In this document: positions 12,042 through 21,339 of the stretch, one piece after another
Position numbering within the stretch: the stretch's first letter is position 1
Layout of the letters: each line of letters starts with the position of its first letter
Source: Bdellovibrionales bacterium
GTDB lineage: Bacteria; Bdellovibrionota; UBA1018; CAIMNF01
Assembly: GCA_040380025.1 (NCBI GenBank)
Contig: JBEIJY010000017.1
Span: forward strand, 1 to 46,044
DNA length: 46,044 nucleotides
Direction of reading: 5' to 3'
Notes under the pieces: model-generated
Told to the model about the DNA's origin: nothing
Databases searched by the model: none
What the model saw: the letters and a program-made list of their open reading frames with translations, nothing else
Made by a program: the position numbers and the translations under genes

Positions 12042-12749
12042 ATGGTACCTCTCAAGCGGCTTTTTACATCGACCTTGGGGAGAAAATATCTGATGGGTGC
12101 ATCGGGAATGGCGTTGGTCCTGTTCCTGGTCGTCCACCTGCTCGGAAACCTTACTCTCTACGCCCAAAACGGCGACCTCATGAATGCCTATGCGGCAAAA
12201 CTTCAGGGCCTCGGCATCGGCCTTGTGGCCCTCGAGGTTGGCCTGTTGGCCGTGATTCTGCTTCATGTGATCACGGCCTTCCAGGTCACTTACTCGGCCA
12301 AAGCCGCCCGTCCGATCGCCTATGAAGCCCCGAAAACAAAGGGCGGACCCTCCAAGAACAACGCAACCTCGCGGAACATGATCCTCACCGGATTGGTTCT
12401 GTTGGTGTTCCTGATCGTGCACATCTGCCAGTTCCGCTTCGGACCCGGACAAGAGGACGGCTACACCGCAACCGTCGACGGGCTCATGGTCCATGACATT
12501 TATCGCGTGGTGGTCGAGGCGTTTGTCCAGCCGGTGTGGGTGGCGTTTTATGTGGCCTGCATGGGCTTTCTCGGATTCCATCTGCGCCACGGGTACTGGA
12601 GCGCATTCCAGTCGCTCGGGATCATCAACCCCCGCTGGTCGAAACCCATTTACGCCTTAGGCCTTGCGATCGCGCTTCTCCTGGCCTTCGGCTTTTTGTT
12701 CATTCCCGTTTACATCTATTTCACCCAAAGCGGTGGAGGCAACCCATGA
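12042..12749 (+). CDS. sdhC: Succinate dehydrogenase/fumarate reductase cytochrome b558 subunit
   Basis: Five TM helices, HLLGNL and HLRHG heme-ligand motifs, SAFQSLG. SD AAGGAG upstream. Confidence 0.93.
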   Translation: MVPLKRLFTSTLGRKYLMGASGMALVLFLVVHLLGNLTLYAQNGDLMNAYAAKLQGLGIGLVALEVGLLAVILLHVITAFQVTYSAKAARPIAYEAPKTKGGPSKNNATSRNMILTGLVLLVFLIVHICQFRFGPGQEDGYTATVDGLMVHDIYRVVVEAFVQPVWVAFYVACMGFLGFHLRHGYWSAFQSLGIINPRWSKPIYALGLAIALLLAFGFLFIPVYIYFTQSGGGNP

Positions 12750-14701
12750 GCATTGATCGCATTCCGTTCTCAGGAAATCTCGATTCCGGCGTTCCCGCAG
12801 GCCCCCTCGAAAAAAAGTGGGACTCCTACAAATCGAACATGAAGCTCGTGAATCCTGCCAATAAACGCAAATACTCGGTGATCGTCGTCGGCACCGGCCT
12901 TGCGGGAGCCTCGGCGGCGGCATCGCTCGCCGAGCTCGGGTATCAGGTCAAGGCCTTCTGCACGCACGACTCCGCACGCCGGGCGCACTCGATCGCGGCC
13001 CAGGGCGGGATCAATGCCGCCAAGAGCTATCCGAACGACGGGGACTCGGTGTGGAGGCTGTTTTACGATACGATCAAGGGCGGTGACTACCGCGCCCGCG
13101 AGGCGAACGTGTATCGTCTGGCGCAGAACTCCACCAGCATCATCGATCAGAGTGTTTCCCAGGGCGTTCCCTTCGCCCGCGAATACAGCGGCGAGCTCGC
13201 CAATCGCTCGTTCGGGGGTGCGCAGGTGTCGCGCACCTTCTATGCCCGCGGACAAACCGGCCAGCAGTTGCTCCTCGGTGCCTATGCCCAGCTCATGAAA
13301 GAAGTCGACAAGGGCAAGGTCACGTTGTTTCCGTACCGCGAGATGCTCGATGTCGTCATGGTCGACCACAAAGCCCGCGGGATCATCACGCGGAACCTGA
13401 ACACGGGCGAGATCGAGCGGCATGCCGCCGATGCGGTGGTGCTCGCGACCGGCGGCTACGGGCGCGTGTACTTTCTTTCGACAAACGCGATGAACTCGAA
13501 CACCACCGCCATCTGGCGCGCGCACAAGCGCGGGGCGCTCTTCGGGAACCCCTGTTACGTGCAGATCCACCCGACCTGCATTCCGGTCTCGGGGAATCAT
13601 CAGGCGAAACTGACGCTCATGTCAGAGAGCTTGCGGAACGACGGACGCGTCTGGGTTCCGAAGAAAAAAGAAGACTGCAAGAAGAACCCGAACGACATCG
13701 CCGAGGAAGATCGCGATTATTACCTCGAGCGCAAGTATCCCTCGTTCGGGAACCTTGCTCCGCGCGACATCTCTTCGCGTGCGGCGAAAGAAGTCTGCGA
13801 CGAGGGTCGCGGAGTGGGAACGAGCGGCCTTGCCGTGTATCTTGACTTCCGCGATGCGATCAAGCGCGATGGCGAAGCCGCCATTCGCGAGCGCTACGGC
13901 AACCTCTTCGACATGTACCACGAGATCACGAACGAGAACCCGTATCAGGCGCCGATGCGAATCTATCCGGCGGTTCACTACACGATGGGCGGGCTTTGGG
14001 TCGATTACTCGTTGCAAACGACTCTCCCCGGGCTCTTTGCCGCGGGCGAGGCGAACTTCTCGGATCACGGCGCGAACCGCCTCGGGGCCTCGGCCCTCAT
14101 GCAGGGGCTCTCGGACGGGTATTTTGTTCTGCCGTACACGGTGACGAATTATCTGGGTACTCACGCGCAAGAGCTCCTGAAGAAGGTGGATACCCATCAC
14201 GCCGCGTTCGAGGCGGCCGAAAAGGAAGTCCGTGCGGGCATCGCGCGGATTCTTGAGGTCGGCAAAAAAGGAACTCGCACGCCGACCGAGATTTATCGCG
14301 ACCTCGGAAAAGTCGTGTGGGAGAAAATCGGAATGGCGCGCTCGGAATCGGGCCTGAAAGAAGCGATCGCCGAGATCCAGAAGCTTCAGCACGATTTCGA
14401 CACGAACCTGAAGCTCACCGGCGACGACAAGCTGAACAAGAATCTCGAAACGGCCGGACGGCTTGCCGACTTTTTGGAGCTCGCCAAGCTCATGGCCGAA
14501 GATGCGCTCCATCGCGGGGAATCGTGCGGCGGGCACTTTCGGGTCGAGAGCCAGACTCCCGACGGAGAAGCCCAGCGCGACGACGAGAACTTCGCATATG
14601 TGGCCGCATGGGAATACCAGGGCAAGGGTCAGGGCTCGAAGCTTCACAAAGAGGCGCTCGCGTATGAAAACGTCAAACTCTCGGTCAGGAGCTACAAGTA
14701 A
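12746..14701 (+). CDS. sdhA: Succinate dehydrogenase/fumarate reductase flavoprotein
   Basis: [22 protein letters not shown] (FAD His), [17 protein letters not shown] overlap with sdhC. Confidence 0.96.
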   Translation: MSIDRIPFSGNLDSGVPAGPLEKKWDSYKSNMKLVNPANKRKYSVIVVGTGLAGASAAASLAELGYQVKAFCTHDSARRAHSIAAQGGINAAKSYPNDGDSVWRLFYDTIKGGDYRAREANVYRLAQNSTSIIDQSVSQGVPFAREYSGELANRSFGGAQVSRTFYARGQTGQQLLLGAYAQLMKEVDKGKVTLFPYREMLDVVMVDHKARGIITRNLNTGEIERHAADAVVLATGGYGRVYFLSTNAMNSNTTAIWRAHKRGALFGNPCYVQIHPTCIPVSGNHQAKLTLMSESLRNDGRVWVPKKKEDCKKNPNDIAEEDRDYYLERKYPSFGNLAPRDISSRAAKEVCDEGRGVGTSGLAVYLDFRDAIKRDGEAAIRERYGNLFDMYHEITNENPYQAPMRIYPAVHYTMGGLWVDYSLQTTLPGLFAAGEANFSDHGANRLGASALMQGLSDGYFVLPYTVTNYLGTHAQELLKKVDTHHAAFEAAEKEVRAGIARILEVGKKGTRTPTEIYRDLGKVVWEKIGMARSESGLKEAIAEIQKLQHDFDTNLKLTGDDKLNKNLETAGRLADFLELAKLMAEDALHRGESCGGHFRVESQTPDGEAQRDDENFAYVAAWEYQGKGQGSKLHKEALAYENVKLSVRSYK

Positions 14702-15507
14702 TGGGAACCTCCACTGAAAAAACGATGAATGTGAAACTCAAAATCTGGCGCCAGGAAGGACCGAGTGCGCCGGGGGGCTTCGAGGAGTACAGCCTGAACG
14801 GCGTGCTCGTCGACATGTCCTTTTTGGAGATGCTCGACACCCTGAACGAGAAGCTGATTCACGAGGGCAAGCGCCCCGTGGAATTCGAGAGTGATTGCCG
14901 CGAGGGGATTTGTGGAACCTGCTCGCTCATGGTGCAGGGACAAGCCCACGGGCCGGTCCGCGGAGCGACGACGTGTCAGCTGTACATGCGCGCGTTCCGG
15001 GATGGCGAACTGATCACGATCGAGCCTTGGCGCGCGAAGGCGTTTCCGGTGCTGAGAGACCTCGTCACCGACCGCAGGGCCTTTGACCGAATCCAGATGG
15101 CGGGTGGGTACACTGGCGCCAAGACCGGCCCCCATGCCGATGCGAACGCAATTCTGATTCCAAAAGACATCGCTGACCGCGCGATGGATGCCGCGGCCTG
15201 CATCGGTTGTGGTGCCTGTGTGGCGGCATGCCCGAATGCCTCGGCCTCGCTCTTCACCTCGGCCAAGGTGGCCCAGCTGGCACTTCTGCCGCAGGGGCAC
15301 CCGAACCGCAAGCAGAGGGTGATCCGCATGGTCGACCAGATGGACAAAGAGGGATTCGGAAGCTGCTCGAACCTGCAGGAGTGCGAGGCCGCATGCCCGA
15401 AGAAGATCTCGATCCAGAACATCGCGATCCTGAAGCAGGAATACTTCAAGGCCGCGATCGCGGCCGACTTCCGCGCCGGAATGGCGAGCGCCGAAGGGGG
15501 CGCGTGA
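14701..15507 (+). CDS. sdhB: Succinate dehydrogenase/fumarate reductase Fe-S subunit
   Basis: CREGICGTC, CIGCGACVAAC and CSNLQECEAAC clusters. Confidence 0.96.
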   Translation: MGTSTEKTMNVKLKIWRQEGPSAPGGFEEYSLNGVLVDMSFLEMLDTLNEKLIHEGKRPVEFESDCREGICGTCSLMVQGQAHGPVRGATTCQLYMRAFRDGELITIEPWRAKAFPVLRDLVTDRRAFDRIQMAGGYTGAKTGPHADANAILIPKDIADRAMDAAACIGCGACVAACPNASASLFTSAKVAQLALLPQGHPNRKQRVIRMVDQMDKEGFGSCSNLQECEAACPKKISIQNIAILKQEYFKAAIAADFRAGMASAEGGA

Positions 15508-15512
15508 GGCGC

Positions 15513-16280
15513 ATGAGCGAGCCTTTTCGGGCGGGGCTTGCGCTTTTGGGGCTTGTTGCGGCCCTGACCGGGAGTGCGGGCGAAGCTCGCGCACTCGAGA
15601 CGACCGCGAGTCCGAAGTTTGCTCCCCCCACGGTCCGCCTGTTCGACGACCACGCCCACATTCAAAAAAACAAGGCGCCCGACTATTGGGCCCTGAGCGG
15701 CTATTACCTTGCTCAAGAGGGCGGGGCATATTGTTCGGTGGCGACGGTCGCGATGATCGTGAATGCCGCGCGGGCGCGCACGAAGCTCACGGCATCCGAT
15801 GAGCTTGCGACCCAGACGAACTTGCTGAAGAAAGTGAAAACCCATGACTGGGCCCAAAAAGTAGGAGCCCTGGGCCGCGGCGTGGGACTTGGGGAATTTG
15901 CGCCCATTTTGAGTGACAGCCTGAAGGCGTATGGTGTCGAGGTCGAGAGCACTGAGGTTGTTGTGGTCGATGCCGACGATGCCCGAACCCGCAAAAAAAT
16001 CCGCGAGATTTTGACCGAGAACGAAAAATCGGATCGGGACCTGATCGCCGTGAATTACCTGCAAAGCGAGTACACCGGCGACCCCGAGGGGAAGGTGGGG
16101 CACTTCGCCCCCGTTGCGGCCTACGATGCCGTCAAAAAACGGGTGTTGATCTTCGATCCCGACCGGCAGTACTACGAGCCGTACTGGGTGAGCGAGGATG
16201 CGTTTGTGAAGGGCATGATGACCCTCGATCCTGTCATGAAGTCGAATCGCGGGCTCGTTCGCGTGCGAATGAAGCGGTAA
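15513..16280 (+). CDS. Phytochelatin-synthase-like (papain fold) exported protein
   Basis: QEGGAYCSVATVAMIVNA (Gln/Cys), GHFAPVAAYD (His), LIFDPDR (Asp), YEPYWV. Signal peptide. Confidence 0.85.
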   Translation: MSEPFRAGLALLGLVAALTGSAGEARALETTASPKFAPPTVRLFDDHAHIQKNKAPDYWALSGYYLAQEGGAYCSVATVAMIVNAARARTKLTASDELATQTNLLKKVKTHDWAQKVGALGRGVGLGEFAPILSDSLKAYGVEVESTEVVVVDADDARTRKKIREILTENEKSDRDLIAVNYLQSEYTGDPEGKVGHFAPVAAYDAVKKRVLIFDPDRQYYEPYWVSEDAFVKGMMTLDPVMKSNRGLVRVRMKR

Positions 16281-16376
16281 CGCGGTTTCACAAACTTTTC
16301 ATTCCAGTCCTTTGATTCCGGAACAATCCTTGCTTCTTCGAGTCCCGGCGAGGTTTCTTCGCCGAAAGGGATTCCT

Positions 16377-16871
16377 ATGAAGTTTTTGATCGGGTTGTTG
16401 CTTCCGGCGGCTCTTGCCTCTTCGGGCGCCTCTTCCGAGGCCGCGCGTTACCAAGCCTTTTGTTGGGCTCAGCTTAGTTCGGGTGTGTACTGCACCAAAA
16501 TCGCAAAGTCGCTTTCGTATTCGATTCAGGGGTTTGCCTGCCGCCAATACGCGCTGGCGCTCGGGGCGAGTTCCTCCGGGTTTTTTCGCGATACCGATTC
16601 GGCGCGTCTTCGTCAAAAGCAAGAAGACACGTGCAACTATGTGGCCCAACTTCCCAAGTGGCAGTGTTTTGTCGAGACCCGATGCGAGACCTCAGACGGC
16701 GTGACGAGCTCGCTTGCGCCGATCGGACGCTCGGTGTTCTCGCCCGTGGGCGATGCGGAGGCCGCAAGAGTCGCGTGCGTGAGCGATTTTGGGCCGATTT
16801 ACCTCGAGAATATAAAAAGCGCCTCGAATTCCTGCCTCATCGGCGCTCGCGCCGTGATGACGGTTCCGTGA
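16377..16871 (+). CDS. Exported cysteine-rich hypothetical protein
   Basis: Signal peptide MKFLIGLLLPAALA, eight Cys in the mature region. Confidence 0.7.
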   Translation: MKFLIGLLLPAALASSGASSEAARYQAFCWAQLSSGVYCTKIAKSLSYSIQGFACRQYALALGASSSGFFRDTDSARLRQKQEDTCNYVAQLPKWQCFVETRCETSDGVTSSLAPIGRSVFSPVGDAEAARVACVSDFGPIYLENIKSASNSCLIGARAVMTVP

Positions 16872-16948
16872 GGGCGAGAGATGCGCCCAGAGCGTTCGCC
16901 CCCCCGGGTCATAAAATTTTGACAGACTTTTTTTGCGAAAACACGTCA

Positions 16949-16957
16949 TGGTAGAAT
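16949..16957 (+). promoter_or_regulatory. Putative extended -10 element (TGgTAGAAT)
   Basis: Lies in the AT-richer intergenic gap ~60 bp upstream of the ORF at 17020. Confidence 0.4.
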
Positions 16958-17019
16958 GAAAAAGCGCAGGACCCAAGGTCGGGGATTGCAACTCATACAA
17001 ATGCCAGGGAAGGGACCCC

Positions 17020-18657
17020 ATGAAGCCATTGCTCCGGAATAGTTTTTTTGTGTTTTTGATCGGTATCCTGCCGGGAGGATTCCAGGCCTTCGCCGGAAAC
17101 TCACCGGAGGAAAAAAAAGCGAAAGCGTGTGAGGAAGCCAATGTCAGTATCGCAAAAGCGGTTCTCGCCGCCCCGGGGAACGAGAAGATCCTCGAGAAGA
17201 TGGTCCAGCTTGCCGAGCTGAAGTGGGCCTACCGCATCGCAAAGGCCGCGAAAGGGGACGCGGCCACTCTCGAGGGGTATGTCAAACTCGCCCCGGCACT
17301 CGAGGTTAAAGATACCGAGAACCTCAAAAAAAAGGTCAAGGAATCGTACGAAAAATACGGGATCAATTCAGATATCGAGTTTTTGAACGAAATCAACGCT
17401 AAGAGATCGAATCGCGATTACTTTCAAAAAGGACGCCGTCTCGACAACCAGACCGCGGGAGCGCTTTCGCTGTACCTGTCGCAGAATGATGGCGATGACC
17501 AGACCATCCCCGAGGAAGTCAAGTTCAAGGAGTCGGATGCGGCCGCGATCTGGGCGCTCCGGACCATCCTTGAAAAAAAGAAGGGGGAGGGCGCAAGCTC
17601 CGTTTCCCAGAACCTCCTGGATTTCAGTGTGAGGCTTTGCAAGACCTACGGTTCACGGGCCTGCGGTTCTTCTCGTCCGGTGATTTCGACAGAAGATGCG
17701 GGAACGCGGGCCAAACAGCTGGCGAGCGAAATCGAAGCGGCGATCAAGGAAAAAGCAGAGGCGCTGAAAGCCGCGCACTCCGGCTGTTTCACTGAAAATT
17801 GCGAATCGGGCGAACCGATTACGGCAGAACAAGTCGCGGGGATCCGGGATGCGCTTTTGGGCATGGTATCGAGAACGCTCAACAACGGGGAGCCCGAAAT
17901 CCAAATCGACTTCGCAAAGACGAAGTTCGAGAACGGGTCGCTCGCCCTGCACTTCGTCGATTCTTCGGGGTCGGCTCGCGCCCAGAAAAACCCGCCAGCG
18001 CCGGCCGTGCCCCGCGATCGGACAGTCTCGGTGGATCCAGCCAAGGGTGAGGTGTGCGAGGAGTATGCCAATCCCGAGATGAACGAAATCCAGAAGTCGA
18101 GGAACCCCCAGTGGCATGATCTGTTTCGGTTCGCGGGCGAGACCGAAAAACAGTATTGGAAGAGTAAAACTCCTGAGAATGCAAAAAAGGCATTCGATGA
18201 TTTGATGGAACGGGCGGAGAAGTATCAAAAGGCTTCGATCGAGGGCCGGATGAACAAGGCGGAGGCTCTCGGTGCCATGGCCGAGACCGCGGTGAAGGCC
18301 CTGAACATCGCGCTCGATCAGGATTCCCTGCTGCAGGATCAATACGGATATACCCGGAGCAGGCTTCAGAATATTTTCGGGTATATCGCGGCAAAAACGC
18401 CAAAAGAGAAACTCTATGACGGTTACGCCGGGGTATTCGGAATCAAGAATGAGGCGGTGGATCGTGTTTTCAAGGATCCGGTGCTCTCCACAAGTTATCT
18501 TGAATTGAGAGCGGTGATGAAGAAAGGCGAGGCGACTTTGAATGATGTCCAATTCGTTTTCGACCGTCTGCGCGGGCATCTGAGAGAAAACAAGGTCTTG
18601 GATCATCCAAAATGCGTGAAGAAAAGATATCTGACCACGTGGGAGCAGGGAGTATAG
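17020..18657 (+). CDS. Exported hypothetical protein
   Basis: 545-aa ORF with signal peptide ending QAFA, helical Lys/Glu-rich composition, Pro-rich linker NPPAPAVP. Confidence 0.75.
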   Translation: MKPLLRNSFFVFLIGILPGGFQAFAGNSPEEKKAKACEEANVSIAKAVLAAPGNEKILEKMVQLAELKWAYRIAKAAKGDAATLEGYVKLAPALEVKDTENLKKKVKESYEKYGINSDIEFLNEINAKRSNRDYFQKGRRLDNQTAGALSLYLSQNDGDDQTIPEEVKFKESDAAAIWALRTILEKKKGEGASSVSQNLLDFSVRLCKTYGSRACGSSRPVISTEDAGTRAKQLASEIEAAIKEKAEALKAAHSGCFTENCESGEPITAEQVAGIRDALLGMVSRTLNNGEPEIQIDFAKTKFENGSLALHFVDSSGSARAQKNPPAPAVPRDRTVSVDPAKGEVCEEYANPEMNEIQKSRNPQWHDLFRFAGETEKQYWKSKTPENAKKAFDDLMERAEKYQKASIEGRMNKAEALGAMAETAVKALNIALDQDSLLQDQYGYTRSRLQNIFGYIAAKTPKEKLYDGYAGVFGIKNEAVDRVFKDPVLSTSYLELRAVMKKGEATLNDVQFVFDRLRGHLRENKVLDHPKCVKKRYLTTWEQGV

Positions 18658-18694
18658 ACCGTCCCGCGTTTTTCATGGCCACAGGTTGAACTTC

Positions 18695-18731
18695 ACCCGC
18701 CCCGTGGGCTCCTCGGGGCGGGTTTGTTTTT
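18695..18731 (+). terminator. Rho-independent terminator
   Basis: 10-bp stem ACCCGCCCCG/CGGGGCGGGT followed by TTGTTTTT. Confidence 0.85.
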
Positions 18732-18733
18732 GC

Positions 18734-18763
18734 TTGACACATAGCTTCTGATCCAGTTAGAAA
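18734..18763 (+). promoter_or_regulatory. Putative sigma70 promoter for the paralog array
   Basis: Consensus TTGACA at 18734-18739 right after the terminator. Imperfect -10 (TTAGAA/TAGAAA) 17-18 bp downstream. Confidence 0.5.
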
Positions 18764-18879
18764 CCCGCAATCGGGATGCGTCGCAGTTCAGCTCTGAGCA
18801 GGGGGTCTCCCCGCCAGAGACCCTTCATTCGACGTGGGTTACAAATACAAAATCGAGCTGTAAAGGAGCTGTAACTGTC

Positions 18880-19467
18880 ATGCTGCCAAAAGCATTGTTC
18901 GTCGTTCTTTTTTCGTTGATTTCAGGAACGGCATTCGCTCAAACCCAGGACTTCGGCGGCGACGCCAAGACCCTCCGCGAGCGGATCGAAGCCGCGACCT
19001 CGTGCGATGAACTTGTCGAGATCGCCACTGACCTCGATGCGCTTCGCAAGGTGACGTTCGAGTACGAGTACCGCCTGAATCAAGCCAAAGAATGGCTGAA
19101 GCCCGCCACCGTTTTGAGGAATGGATTCCTTTACGGGTATGGGGCGATGATGGGGACCGGGGTCACCCTTTATCTTGCCACAAAGGTATTCCGGGGAAAT
19201 CATCGCGCAGGCGAGTTTTTCAGGGCTCACTTGTCTGATTATACGATCGACGTGATCTCCCACATGCCGGGCTATCTTTCGATTGCGGGTACTGGGTATC
19301 TTGCCGGAGCAGCGTTTCAGCAAATGTCGATCGCGGACCAACGGCGTGAGATCCAGCATCTCACCGATAAGCTCCACCTGATCCGCGAGAAGGCAGACCT
19401 TCTTTTGAACACCCTTCTTGCCAAATCCAGTCAACTGGACGGATGCACGATCCCTTTCCGTCTTTGA
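18880..19467 (+). CDS. Exported coiled-coil/hydrophobic-hairpin protein, paralog 1 of 4
   Basis: SD AAGGAG, signal peptide AFA-Q, AKTLRERIEAATSCDEL, C-terminal DGCTI. Confidence 0.85.
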   Translation: MLPKALFVVLFSLISGTAFAQTQDFGGDAKTLRERIEAATSCDELVEIATDLDALRKVTFEYEYRLNQAKEWLKPATVLRNGFLYGYGAMMGTGVTLYLATKVFRGNHRAGEFFRAHLSDYTIDVISHMPGYLSIAGTGYLAGAAFQQMSIADQRREIQHLTDKLHLIREKADLLLNTLLAKSSQLDGCTIPFRL

Positions 19468-19504
19468 TTCATCAACCTAAAACCCATTCCAGGAAAACCG
19501 AATC

Positions 19505-20101
19505 ATGAAAATCAAAACTCTCATTTCCTCTCTTGTACTTCCCGCCATGTTCGCGACCGCGGCCCATGCGCAGGATCAAAATTTCGGCGGCGACGCCAAA
19601 ACCCTTCGTGAACGCATCAGCGCGGCCGCATCGTGCGAGGAGCTGGTCGCCATCGCGGCCGATCTCGAAGCGGTCAACAAAGTCGCATACGAATACGAGT
19701 TAAGACTGAATCAAGCTGTCGCGAACCTTGAATCCGCGAAAACATACAATGACGCATGGACAGGGCTTTGGCTCGGTACGCTCGGGGGGTCGATTGTTCT
19801 TCGGGCCGCGAACGCCGTGTTCAAGGGGAATCACAAAGCGGGAGAGTTTCTTCGGAGGAAGCTGATTTCGGGGAAAGCGATTGAAGCCATCGATTGGACC
19901 AAATCGGTTCTTTTCTGGGGATCCTCTGTTCCCATGATCGGAACATTTTTCTCGTCGCCGTCGGTGGGAGAGGCAAGGAAAGAGGTGGCAAACCTCACCG
20001 ATAAGCTCAGACTCATCCAGGATCGGACCGAACTTCTGCACGAGTTGCTGATCTTGAAGTCCCGTCAAATCCAGGGTTGCGTGATCCTGTCCGCTCAGTG
20101 A
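19505..20101 (+). CDS. Exported coiled-coil/hydrophobic-hairpin protein, paralog 2 of 4
   Basis: Signal peptide AHA-Q, AKTLRERISAAASCEEL, C-terminal QGCVI. Confidence 0.85.
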   Translation: MKIKTLISSLVLPAMFATAAHAQDQNFGGDAKTLRERISAAASCEELVAIAADLEAVNKVAYEYELRLNQAVANLESAKTYNDAWTGLWLGTLGGSIVLRAANAVFKGNHKAGEFLRRKLISGKAIEAIDWTKSVLFWGSSVPMIGTFFSSPSVGEARKEVANLTDKLRLIQDRTELLHELLILKSRQIQGCVILSAQ

Positions 20102-20136
20102 GTCCAAACGATTACCGTCAAAAGGAAAACCAAATC

Positions 20137-20718
20137 ATGAAAAAAACGATCTCTTTTGTTGTTCTTTCCGCCTTTCTTGCAACCAGCTCGTTCGCGCAGG
20201 CTCCTGCCGATCAAACGAGCGCGAAGACCATCCGGGACCGGATTGTTTCGGCCTCCAGTTGCATCGAGCTTCAGGCCATTCACTCCGATCTTGAGCTCGT
20301 CCGCGTCGAAGCGGGCCGGATCGAAGAAGACCTGAAGAAGGCGAACGAGGTACTCTCCTCGAACCGCTCCACCGCGGATGCCCTCGGCCTCACCACAACC
20401 ATTCTGGCCGCATCCACTTGCTCGTTGCTCGTGTCCTCGAAACTCCTCGGTGGATCGAGCGCTGCGGCCCGCGCTTTCCAGCGGAACATCCTTTCTTCGA
20501 ATTCCCTCCGCAAGGTTTACAATCTGGGTGAGCTCTCTTACATCGTGGGTGTTGCCACCGCCGGATTCACGATCCTCTCTTACGGATCCGTGCAAGGCGC
20601 GAAAGAGGATGTGGCCAAGCTGACCGAAAAGCTGGCTCACCTGAACGAGAAGATTCTTCTCATCGATGAGATTCTCCAGCACAAGGCAAAACACATGCGT
20701 TGTGTTCTCGGAAACTGA
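20137..20718 (+). CDS. Exported coiled-coil/hydrophobic-hairpin protein, paralog 3 of 4
   Basis: SD AAGGA then MKKTISF, signal peptide SFA-Q, AKTIRDRIVSASSCIEL, C-terminal MRCVL. Confidence 0.85.
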   Translation: MKKTISFVVLSAFLATSSFAQAPADQTSAKTIRDRIVSASSCIELQAIHSDLELVRVEAGRIEEDLKKANEVLSSNRSTADALGLTTTILAASTCSLLVSSKLLGGSSAAARAFQRNILSSNSLRKVYNLGELSYIVGVATAGFTILSYGSVQGAKEDVAKLTEKLAHLNEKILLIDEILQHKAKHMRCVLGN

Positions 20719-20742
20719 TTCCGCTGGGAAAGGGATTCCCTG

Positions 20743-21309
20743 ATGAGTCTTCTTCACTCGATTGCGATTTCCGCCCTCCTGGTGTTTCACGCCGGGGAGG
20801 CGTATGCCCAGAATGCACCGGCAGACGATCTGGCTCCCGCGAGTGAGCGGATTCCCTTCAGCGAGAGAATCCGCTCTGCCGCGTCTTGCGAGGAGCTCCG
20901 GGCTGTCCATGATGACTTGAATCTTTTGCGCGAAGAGGTCGAGCGCTACCGGCATGATCTGAATTATGCCGAGTGGTGCTATCGTTCGGGCGAGAATCTC
21001 GATGTGACTCTGCTGAAGTCCGGGATCGTTCTCGGATTCACCGGAATTTCGGCCTATCTGGCCTCAAGGGGCTTGCGGGCGGTGCTCTCCCCGAACGGCC
21101 GATTGGTCTTGAGCTTCACAGGGCAGGGTCTTGCCATGGCGGGGTATCTTGCGACTGCGTATTCGTTTCCGGTTCATCACGTGATGAGCTACTTTCCGAT
21201 TCAAATCGCGAAAACCAAAGAAAAAATCCTTCGTGTCGAAGAACGCATCGGGCGGATCGAGAGCGAAATCAAAGAAAAATCCGCCCAATTTCGGGGTTGC
21301 ACCCTTTAG
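20743..21309 (+). CDS. Exported coiled-coil/hydrophobic-hairpin protein, paralog 4 of 4
   Basis: Signal peptide AYA-Q, FSERIRSAASCEEL, C-terminal RGCTL. Confidence 0.85.
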   Translation: MSLLHSIAISALLVFHAGEAYAQNAPADDLAPASERIPFSERIRSAASCEELRAVHDDLNLLREEVERYRHDLNYAEWCYRSGENLDVTLLKSGIVLGFTGISAYLASRGLRAVLSPNGRLVLSFTGQGLAMAGYLATAYSFPVHHVMSYFPIQIAKTKEKILRVEERIGRIESEIKEKSAQFRGCTL

Positions 21310-21339
21310 GCAAACGGACACAGAGGAAACAAACGAAGT

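Noticed and set aside
14692..16103. 345-aa and 375-aa minus-strand ORFs
   Set aside because: Shadows of sdhB and the PCS-like gene, with Arg/Ala/Pro-rich non-coding composition.
18764..18840. Leader as a tRNA, hammerhead ribozyme or c-di-GMP riboswitch
   Set aside because: No T-loop/CCA cloverleaf, no CUGAnGA plus GAAA core, and no c-di-GMP-I GCAAA/GNRA pattern. Kept only as an unassigned structure.
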